From Pyrolobus fumarii 1A (GTDB lineage Archaea; Thermoproteota; Thermoprotei_A; Sulfolobales; Pyrodictiaceae), in NCBI RefSeq assembly GCF_000223395.1, contig NC_015931.1, positions 540,001 through 572,000 of the forward strand: DNA of 32,000 nucleotides. The letters run 5' to 3'. A program made the translations under genes and the position numbers. A model generated the notes under the pieces. That model did not search any database, was not told where the DNA came from, and saw only the letters and a list, made by a program, of their open reading frames with translations. Positions 25,147 through 32,000 of this stretch are shown here, piece by piece. Position 1 is the first letter of the stretch. Each line of letters begins with the position of its first letter.

Positions 25147-25818
25147 TTACTCAATGAGCGGCTTGAAGTGTGGTGGATAGACTATCCTCGTGTTTATCTG
25201 TACAATGTCCTCTACTATGGTGTTGCCTCTCACGGTCTTCCTGCGGCGCTCGCCCTTCTCGCGCGGGTGGAACCCTGGCGGGCCGCTTAGCAGCACCTTC
25301 TTCTTCACGCCGCCAGGTATACCCGGGTGCATTGGGAACCCACTGTTGTCGCTCCCACCGCGTATCTCTAGCTCGACGCCAGGCAGGCCGACAATGCTAC
25401 CGTCGAACTTGTCGCCTATCTTTAGGCCGATTAGCCTCTCTGCGGCTGCACCCTTCAGGTGTATCTGCCAGGCTTTCGCGCGGAAAGCCTCCGCCTCGGC
25501 CTCCTCAGCGCCAACCTTCTCGCCGAGAAGCTCGAGGCTTATCAGCACCTGATCCTCGGGTAAGTTATTGTCGAGCTGTGCACGGCACGTTATGTTGATC
25601 TTCTTGTCCTCTTGGCGGAAGCGGAGCGTGATTATGCCTAGCTCATTCGCCTTTATCTTCTTCAAGAGGTTCGGGTTGACCTTGCAGATTGGTAGCTTCT
25701 CCCTCTCCTTCTCCTCCTGCGTCCACTGGATATCCTCGACTCCCTTGACCTTCACCTTCACCACTGGGTCGTCCGCCTTCGCGTGTGGGTCTCCAATCAC
25801 CACTCGGAACTCGGGCAC
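25147..25818 (-). CDS. rps6e: Ribosomal protein S6e (long form)
   Basis: Motifs LKIGDKFDG, LEIRGGSDNSGFPM, GERRRKTVRGNTIVEDIVQIN. Confidence 0.9.
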   Translation of the reverse strand: MPEFRVVIGDPHAKADDPVVKVKVKGVEDIQWTQEEKEREKLPICKVNPNLLKKIKANELGIITLRFRQEDKKINITCRAQLDNNLPEDQVLISLELLGEKVGAEEAEAEAFRAKAWQIHLKGAAAERLIGLKIGDKFDGSIVGLPGVELEIRGGSDNSGFPMHPGIPGGVKKKVLLSGPPGFHPREKGERRRKTVRGNTIVEDIVQINTRIVYPPHFKPLIE

Positions 25819-25942
25819 GACTCACACCCCACGCCTGGTTCATCCCCGGGGGCTTTGCGCCCCCAGCATCCCCGGCACGAAGCCGGGGCATGTCACCTCC
25901 ACGCGCATAATCCGCTTATAAATATGTGGGGCGGGGCCCTTG

Positions 25943-27019
25943 CTATCGCGACACTTCCTCAACCAGTGGTCTCCTCCCATAAACCTCGGCTACCGTTAGG
26001 ATGGGTACGTCCTGCCTCTGGGCCTCGCTCAGCACCTTCGAGACCCTCTCGCGCCATCTTGGCTCGCGCGGTAGGTGGTGATCCCAGATTATCAGCTGGG
26101 GCGCAGCCTCTCTCACGATCCTCAACATGTTGGCTTTCGCCCTTTCGAGGTCGCGACGCGAGAACATGTAGGGTGGGAGGTAGGTCGCAGGCCCGTCCGC
26201 TATCAACACGTGTGGTTTCAGGCGCAGAACCTCTTCCGCATAGTCCTCGGCGAGCGGTCCCATAAGGTCGCTCGTGTAGAGCACCCTGTGGCCACGCACC
26301 TCGATTAGAACCGGTACGACCCAACCCGTCCTCTCGTATATGTCCCCGTGGAAGTGTGGCCCGAGTAGCTCAACGCGGACCCCACAGTGCTCCCAGGACC
26401 CGCTGTCCGCGAAGACTATGCGGTAGTGCCCTGCCTCGATACGCTCCGGGAACCTCCTCCACTCCCTCCACTTCGCGGCTAGGCTCGATAGCCACCTTCT
26501 ACCCGCCTCCAGCCTACCCTTGCTTGTTGCGCGTACCGCAAGAGGCATCAACTCCTCGAAATCCGGTACGTCGACGTCGCCAGTGGGCTCCTCCAGGATA
26601 TCCTCTAGTCGGGCCTCGGTACTCTCCAAGAGCTTCGAGTATAGCTCTTCTGCCCTAGCCCTCTGACTCTCATTGATGAAGAGGCTCGGGTCCTTGGCTA
26701 TCACGAGCCTATCACGGTACGGGTTGGGGCCCGGGTAGTCCGCATCCCAAGGCCTAACGTAGTGATCGTAATGGTAGTGCGTAACGACTACCATCGTGGC
26801 TCTCTCCACAAACCGGGCTACTGTGCGGAGAGCCTCCCGACGCAACCTCTTCTTCTCGTCCCTCGTTAGAGGGTAGGATGGGTGCATAGCCGCAGCGCCA
26901 GGATCCACCAGGATGCCGCCACAACCCGTCTCCACGAACACCGCGAAGCTCTTAGCGCCGAGGCTATCACCCCAAACGAGAGTAACACCAAGCTCCTCGA
27001 GAACCATGCGTGCATCCAC
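25943..27019 (-). CDS. Metallo-beta-lactamase-fold hydrolase
   Basis: VVTHYHYDHY fits the HxHxDH motif, the N-terminal GILVDPG is beta-lactamase-fold-like, and there are downstream His/Asp ligand positions. Confidence 0.8.
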   Translation of the reverse strand: MDARMVLEELGVTLVWGDSLGAKSFAVFVETGCGGILVDPGAAAMHPSYPLTRDEKKRLRREALRTVARFVERATMVVVTHYHYDHYVRPWDADYPGPNPYRDRLVIAKDPSLFINESQRARAEELYSKLLESTEARLEDILEEPTGDVDVPDFEELMPLAVRATSKGRLEAGRRWLSSLAAKWREWRRFPERIEAGHYRIVFADSGSWEHCGVRVELLGPHFHGDIYERTGWVVPVLIEVRGHRVLYTSDLMGPLAEDYAEEVLRLKPHVLIADGPATYLPPYMFSRRDLERAKANMLRIVREAAPQLIIWDHHLPREPRWRERVSKVLSEAQRQDVPILTVAEVYGRRPLVEEVSR

Positions 27020-27210
27020 AACAATGCCCGGTTAACAACCGAGCCTCGAAGCGCAAAAGGCTATGAACAGTGCCTATGCAACCAACTCTCTTACACTGGC
27101 TGACCCGGGAATATGCCAGGTTATCCTTTGCCGTTCTCTCCACATGTCTGGCAGACTCTCTTCCATGATGGTATGGATGTATTCGGGTTGCTGCAGCGAG
27201 CCAAACTAGG

Positions 27211-27219
27211 TTAAAAATG
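27211..27219 (-). terminator. Oligo-T terminator candidate after the VIT1 gene
   Basis: A T5 run on the minus strand (plus-strand AAAAA at 27213-27217) lies 21-25 nt downstream of the stop at 27238. Confidence 0.35.
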
Positions 27220-27237
27220 CGTGCCGAGGTGCTCCGG

Positions 27238-28143
27238 CTACTCTATCAGAGCCGATACTCCGAACACCTCCCTGAGCGCCTGCCCGAAGATGTAGCTCGC
27301 TATTGCTGTTCCTAGTAGGAGTCCCGCGTTCTCCGCGAATTCTCGTGTGAAGGGCTTCTCCTGCACGACTGCGCTGTAGTACGCGAGGCTGCCGGTGAGA
27401 GCAAGTCCTATGGCGACGCTCGCCAGGAAACCGATTAGCATATCGTGTATGAGGAAGTATGGCAGTGCTAGTAGAATGACCGAGAGTATGTAGCTCAGGC
27501 CGGTTATGGCTGCACTAACTGTCGGGCTCTCCTCCTCGCCGTGCTTAGCCTGGAGGTATGCCGCACTCGCCATGGATATGGCTGCCGAGAAGCCCACGAC
27601 AAGCCCCGCTATACCAGCCATGATTGTACTGGCTGTCACCCCGAGGAACCCCGCGTGCACACCAGTTATCTCGATGATTGCATCGGCGAGGCCGAGGGCC
27701 ACATACCCCAGGTACTTGACCCTCACATCCTCAAACTCTTGCAGCAGTAGCCTCTCGTGCTCCTCCTCATCCCTGACTATAGCCTCTAGTTTTGGTCTAA
27801 GCTCGTCGGGCAGCCTCTCGGCCACGCTCCTATACCTCTCGACCGCCGAGCCCTCACCCCTCTCTAGGAGACGGAGCGTAAAGGCGGGCCCGAGTAGACG
27901 GTAGGCTACCGCTACCAGCGAGACCCTAGGCCGGGGCGCCTTGCAGTCACGGCCTAGCAGGCTACGCCAGAAGAGGTAATGCTGGTACTCCTGCTCCGCA
28001 AGACGCTCCAGGAGCTTCTTCCTCTTCGGGTCAGGCTCTATACGCGCAAGAGCCTTGTATATCATGTGGTCCATTAGCTCGTTGATACAAAACTCCTCGA
28101 ACAGCTTCTCTAGGTCCCTGGGCGTCTCCCCAGACACAGTCAC
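27238..28143 (-). CDS. Ferritin-like (erythrin) domain fused to a VIT1/CCC1-type iron transporter membrane domain
   Basis: The N-terminal di-iron-like motifs are ELMDHMIY...EQEYQHYLFW...DEEEHERLL. The C-terminal five-TM VIT1-like domain includes YLGYVALGLADAIIEITG. Confidence 0.8.
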   Translation of the reverse strand: MTVSGETPRDLEKLFEEFCINELMDHMIYKALARIEPDPKRKKLLERLAEQEYQHYLFWRSLLGRDCKAPRPRVSLVAVAYRLLGPAFTLRLLERGEGSAVERYRSVAERLPDELRPKLEAIVRDEEEHERLLLQEFEDVRVKYLGYVALGLADAIIEITGVHAGFLGVTASTIMAGIAGLVVGFSAAISMASAAYLQAKHGEEESPTVSAAITGLSYILSVILLALPYFLIHDMLIGFLASVAIGLALTGSLAYYSAVVQEKPFTREFAENAGLLLGTAIASYIFGQALREVFGVSALIE

Positions 28144-28373
28144 CCAACCAAGAGCTAGACTAGCATACCCGGGCTGAACACTCTTTGAGGTTCACTACTG
28201 CCGGGAGCCCCTCAGCAAAACCGGGATCACAAGGGGCACAGCAACGCAACCTATAGCCGTAGCCGGGGGGATCCCCGCCTCCCAGACAACATACCTCAAC
28301 ACGCGCTCCTCGCCATACCCCGTGGACGCCTTGCATCCACGCCCATTATCATCGCCGCTGGCCGCTCTTGACT

Positions 28374-28384
28374 ATATTATTATC
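28374..28384 (+). promoter_or_regulatory. TATA-box candidate for the second vapBC operon
   Basis: TATATTATTAT lies about 40 nt upstream of ATG 28421. Confidence 0.45.
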
Positions 28385-28420
28385 CTGCCCACCTCTGCTC
28401 TCCCACATGGGCGTGTGGGT

Positions 28421-28654
28421 ATGAGACACGGGGATGTAATCGTGGTTGATGAGCGGGGGCGTGTCACGCTCCCCGCTTGGCTGCGCAAGAGGCTCGGGTT
28501 GAGGCCCGGCTCCAAGCTCGAGGTTAGGATCGAAGAGGGACGTGTGGTGCTAGTCCCTGTGCGGAGGATTAGGGCACGAGACTTGCTGGGCATAGCTGGA
28601 CCTGAAGACGTGGATATAGAGGAGGTTGAGAGTGCTCTCGGTGATACTAGTTGA
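28421..28654 (+). CDS. vapB: AbrB/SpoVT-type antitoxin VapB
   Basis: VIVVDERGRVTLPAWLRKRLGLRPGSKLEVRIEEGRVVLVP. The stop TGA (28652-28654) overlaps the vapC start. Confidence 0.75.
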   Translation: MRHGDVIVVDERGRVTLPAWLRKRLGLRPGSKLEVRIEEGRVVLVPVRRIRARDLLGIAGPEDVDIEEVESALGDTS

Positions 28655-29067
28655 GTGTGCCGAGACGCTTCATAGACTCTAACGTGTTCGTCTATGTGCT
28701 TTCGGGTGACTCTAGGTTCGCCCAAAGGGCGCTAGCGATTCTCGAGGACGCGGAGGACGGCGTCTACGAGGCCTACACGTCCACTCTGGTCGTCTCGCAG
28801 GTGCTCGCTCACCTCGAGAGGAGGGGGAGAAGAGAAGCCATGGAGAAGTTCCTTGAGTATCTCGGCGACTCTCCGATAACCGTTGTAGAGACGAGGCTCG
28901 ACGACTTTACCTATGCGTTGCGACTAGCACGCGAGAACAACCTGTCCTTCCAGAAGCTCTGGGACGACCTGGTGATAGCCTCGCAGATGGTGAGACTCGG
29001 CATAAGAGAGATCTACTCGAACGATACCGACTTCGACCGCATCCCCGGCATCACGAGACTATTCTAG
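28651..29067 (+). CDS. vapC: PIN-domain ribonuclease toxin VapC
   Basis: Motifs FIDSNVFVYVL, STLVVSQV, WDDLVIA and SNDTDFDRIPG. The start is TTG 28651 or GTG 28654, overlapping the vapB stop. Confidence 0.85.
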   Translation: MSVPRRFIDSNVFVYVLSGDSRFAQRALAILEDAEDGVYEAYTSTLVVSQVLAHLERRGRREAMEKFLEYLGDSPITVVETRLDDFTYALRLARENNLSFQKLWDDLVIASQMVRLGIREIYSNDTDFDRIPGITRLF

Positions 29068-29098
29068 GGCCTCAACACGGCTCAATAATCAGTGATAC

Positions 29099-29127
29099 GT
29101 ATAGGTGTTTTAGATAAACACCTATCG
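29099..29127 (+). terminator. Perfect 10-12-bp inverted repeat hairpin with a T4 tract downstream of vapC
   Basis: ATAGGTGTTT-TAGAT-AAACACCTAT at 29101-29125, plus 2 flanking pairs. It marks the transition into AT-richer DNA. Confidence 0.4.
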
Positions 29128-29543
29128 CATACGGCATGGTTCTCCGCTAAACTATATCTCCACGTACTCTTGGCAGTGAGGCTGGGTTAAACTTCGTTTC
29201 CATACTAGGCTTAGGAGTGGCGTGTTGAGGCGTCGGAGTTTGTCGAACCTGAGGATGTTGACAGGAGGGCTAGAAAGGAGCTGAAAAAGCTCAAGGCTGA
29301 GAGGCCGGGAGAGGAGTCTCTAAGCGTGATAATAGTGGCTAAGAGTGCAACGAGAAGAATCAACCCCAAGGCTCACTATGGGAATTTCAGGGAGATTCTC
29401 AAGGATGTGTAGACAAGGAGTACATATAGATGATTTTCAATGGGAGTAGTGAATGTATAATTTCACTTCCTCAGGTAATAGGCAGCATGGGTTCGAAGAC
29501 CATGAGTTGACCTCAGCTAATAACGATACAGACAGAACATGCG

Positions 29544-29552
29544 TATATATAA
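29544..29552 (+). promoter_or_regulatory. TATA-box candidate for the 29591 gene
   Basis: TATATATAA lies about 40-47 nt upstream of ATG 29591. Confidence 0.4.
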
Positions 29553-29590
29553 CTGGTAGAAGCTATGCTAGTGACTGGGACAAATAAATA

Positions 29591-30643
29591 ATGCCTAGTT
29601 GGGACATGCATGTCAAAATCGCTAAAATGCTTGGCTTGGATCCCTTAACGGCTAGAGAGGTCAATGTAGATGTTGATGCTGGCCCGTTGCACGATATAGG
29701 TAGGCGGCTTCCTAGAGTGAGATTAGGCGGTTGGAGTATACACCGGAGGCTTGTTGAGGAGAAGCAGTTGTCTCACCTTAAGAGTATAGCGTCAAAGATC
29801 GAGCGTAATCCGGCGTATCGTGATGCATTTGTGCTCCACCACGTCATAGACGTTCTAGCAGATCTTGAAGTATCAAGCAACCTGCTGTCACAGCAGGGTG
29901 TTAGTGTAGACCTCGGGATTATCCGCGAGCGTGTCCGCGCAGAACTCCTGGCTCTGGGCAAGCTTGTTGAGAGTGGCCACGTAGAGAGGATTATTGACCT
30001 TGTCTTTGCCCACCTGGATGCTGTTAGGAGCGCGATGAAACCTTGGGTTTCGAATGTTGTGAAGGAGCGTATGGACTATGCACAGCTTGACGATAAAGTC
30101 TACATCGAGAGAGTTCTACGGAACTTATCAATGACTTACAACAAATGGATTAATAACCTCGCTAAAGGCTTTGCTCGAGCTATCGCCGAGGTGCTTGGTG
30201 CTGAGATACGCTGGAAGAATTTAACGGAGACTGAAGATGCAAGTGAGTTCGAAAGGGGTAAACCGGACTGCAAGTATCTCATCTCCAACCTGTTCTTCAG
30301 ACTGCATAGGAGGGCCCTCCTAACCTCACTATACTTTGACATGCTCTACATCTGTTTCAAGTTCAACACTGAAATCTTCAACGAGACCGTACTGAGGATC
30401 ACTAAGAGAAGAGCTGCCGAGATGGGACGTTACGCAATCAGAGCATGCGTAGAAAGCACAAACCCTCGCTGTGCTCTTAGCACTGCACTTGACGTCTTCA
30501 ACCACTATACTCTAGACGCCTGCAAGAGGTACATAGAGCAAGCACAGACACTGGCAACCCGATACTCGGAAATGCTATATGCAATGCTAACCCATGCAAC
30601 CCGCCTGCTAAGGGAACACTATGGCTGCGAAGTCTTCTACTAG
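29591..30643 (+). CDS. Orphan 350-aa protein with an HD-phosphohydrolase-like N-terminal motif set
   Basis: H7 (DMHVKIAKMLG), H34-D35 (PLHDIGRR) and VLHHVIDVLAD resemble the H...HD...D arrangement. The remaining about 250 aa are helical with 7 Cys. The DNA is AT-richer than the surroundings. Confidence 0.55.
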   Translation: MPSWDMHVKIAKMLGLDPLTAREVNVDVDAGPLHDIGRRLPRVRLGGWSIHRRLVEEKQLSHLKSIASKIERNPAYRDAFVLHHVIDVLADLEVSSNLLSQQGVSVDLGIIRERVRAELLALGKLVESGHVERIIDLVFAHLDAVRSAMKPWVSNVVKERMDYAQLDDKVYIERVLRNLSMTYNKWINNLAKGFARAIAEVLGAEIRWKNLTETEDASEFERGKPDCKYLISNLFFRLHRRALLTSLYFDMLYICFKFNTEIFNETVLRITKRRAAEMGRYAIRACVESTNPRCALSTALDVFNHYTLDACKRYIEQAQTLATRYSEMLYAMLTHATRLLREHYGCEVFY

Positions 30644-30778
30644 GCTTTCCTCCTAACACGATACTACCGAGGCTATAACAGAGTGAGTGTTAACTTTGAA
30701 GCCAATTTCGTAAAGAGTATCGAAGCAAGGTTTGCACTCTCACATACTCTCCGCCAAACACTATGAGGCACCTAAAGG

Positions 30779-31321
30779 CTAAGGTGATGTTAACCACCTT
30801 AAACAGTCTAGATACTTGTCAAAATCGCGTTCCCCTATGAGAATCTTGACGTCGATACGAGGGGCTAGCTTGGCTAGCATTCGCTTCTCGTAATATGAGT
30901 TGAGGAGTCTCTGTATAGCTTGTACCGGGTCTCTTCTGCAGATGCGCCTGTCACCTCCAAGGCCTATGCAGAGCCACGCTTCGTGCATGGGTTCGACTGT
31001 CACAACACGGATGTAATCAAGCTCATCTCTTCTAAAGTGCCTCCTTACAAAGTAGTCGGGAGCGTCTGGCTTTCCCTCTGAATCGATAACCACCAGAATT
31101 CTCCATGGACTACCGGCAACAATGGCTCTAGCGTGGTTCGCCATGGCGGGATTGCACTTCTTTGCAGGTAGGCGTCGAATACGTGGCTTGTGAGTCCTGA
31201 TGTTCTCACATAACGATTCGATCTTGAGCTTTCTGCTCTCGCATAGTTCTATCAGCTTGTTTATAAGCGTGCGATGAAATGTTACACCATAAGTGTCCTC
31301 GACTAGTATTAGGCGCTTCAA
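30779..31321 (-). CDS. Small Toprim-like (DUF4276/RloB/OLD-type) putative nuclease
   Basis: The strand-acidic pattern is RLILVEDTYG (E8-D9) ... RILVVIDSEG (D80-S-E82) ... VVTVEPMHEAWL. TTG start lies 4 nt after the stop of the upstream ATPase gene. Confidence 0.55.
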   Translation of the reverse strand: MKRLILVEDTYGVTFHRTLINKLIELCESRKLKIESLCENIRTHKPRIRRLPAKKCNPAMANHARAIVAGSPWRILVVIDSEGKPDAPDYFVRRHFRRDELDYIRVVTVEPMHEAWLCIGLGGDRRICRRDPVQAIQRLLNSYYEKRMLAKLAPRIDVKILIGERDFDKYLDCLRWLTSP

Positions 31322-31325
31322 GGTC

Positions 31326-32000
31326 TTAACCCCCGGTCTCGTGGTATATCACATAGTCGCTAAGGAGTATACCTTCACGTGCGAGAGTCTCACGCAGCTT
31401 CTGCGGGTCTGGTAGCCTCGAGGCTGTCGTGCCCTGCGCCTCCCTCTTCACTACAATGACATCCTCCGGGTCGACGAGGTCTACTGGTATCGGAGAGTGC
31501 GTCGCGACTATAACCGGTATTTGTAGCGAGTCAAGCTCGTCAACGAGGTACTCTAGCATCTTTGCATGGAGGCTATTTTCTATCTCGTCAATGAGTAGCA
31601 GCGTCGGGTTAAGCTCTATAGCGGCAAGTATCGCAAGCAGTTTTACGAGACCATCCGGCATGTTGGGGGGCGGTAGCCTAAGCCCATTCTCGGTGGCTAC
31701 CAGCGCGACTCTCCCAAACCCCGTTTCCACTTTCACGCTACAACCCGGGAATAGTTCACGTAGCGCATCCGCTATTCTCTCAGGGAGTGCACCCCTTTCC
31801 GCAATCAAAGTGAGGAGTACCTCCGCGAGGTTACGCGCCCTCACATCGAGCCTCTTTGCACCAGTGAAGGGTCTCGGCTCGCCTATTGCTGCGATATCAG
31901 GGTGTTTGAGCATAACTATGCCACTCAATATCCTAACGATGTGCGAGAATAGCATCATGAGAGATGGGGCCGTATAAGAGTAGCCTATGGGACGTCTGCA
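31326..32000 (-). CDS. ABC/AAA_21-type ATPase, C-terminal about 225 aa (N-terminus with Walker A lies beyond the window)
   Basis: Signature-like DGLVKLLAILAAI, Walker B/D-loop LLLIDEIENSLH, and H-loop VIVATHSP. The frame stays open past the annotated Met to position 32000. Confidence 0.7.
   Translation of the reverse strand, partial: CRRPIGYSYTAPSLMMLFSHIVRILSGIVMLKHPDIAAIGEPRPFTGAKRLDVRARNLAEVLLTLIAERGALPERIADALRELFPGCSVKVETGFGRVALVATENGLRLPPPNMPDGLVKLLAILAAIELNPTLLLIDEIENSLHAKMLEYLVDELDSLQIPVIVATHSPIPVDLVDPEDVIVVKREAQGTTASRLPDPQKLRETLAREGILLSDYVIYHETGG

Noticed and set aside
25147-25818. An insertion of about 85 aa in S6e between the N-terminal VVIGDP segment and the conserved core
   Set aside because: As far as I recall, crenarchaeal S6e proteins are of this longer type, so it is probably lineage-typical rather than novel. 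I cannot verify this without an alignment.

Overview
GC-rich archaeal chromosome segment, most likely from a hyperthermophilic crenarchaeon. That origin is an inference from multiple PaREP1 paralogs, a long-form ribosomal protein S6e, A/T boxes about 30-45 nt upstream of start codons, and frequent GTG/TTG starts. Recognisable housekeeping genes are a Clp1-like polynucleotide kinase, sfsA, class III ribonucleotide reductase nrdD, rpiA, a class I/II aminotransferase, aroC, dcd, trpF, rps6e, an MBL-fold hydrolase, and a ferritin-like/VIT1 iron transporter. Accessory content is interspersed among them. It includes five PaREP1/HEPN-like genes, three with an N-terminal ribbon-helix-helix-like segment. 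It also includes two VapBC pairs (one flanked by a 23-nt direct repeat that duplicates the 3' end of the neighbouring transporter gene), an orphan AbrB-type antitoxin-like gene, a frameshifted EamA/DMT transporter, and a large Thr-stalked surface glycoprotein. Visibly AT-richer patches lie at about 4454-5484, 6049-6704 and 29068-31320. The best candidate for an undescribed system is the 3'-terminal AT-rich island. It carries an orphan 350-aa protein with an HD-like N-terminus, plus an operon-coupled ABC-type ATPase (cut by the window edge) and a 180-aa Toprim-like protein, an OLD/PARIS/AbiL-style architecture. Several ORF-poor, hairpin-dense GC-rich intergenic blocks of 70-350 nt could be unannotated structured RNAs, but none matched a class I can recognise by eye. 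I found no rRNA, tRNA, CRISPR array, transposase or integrase.
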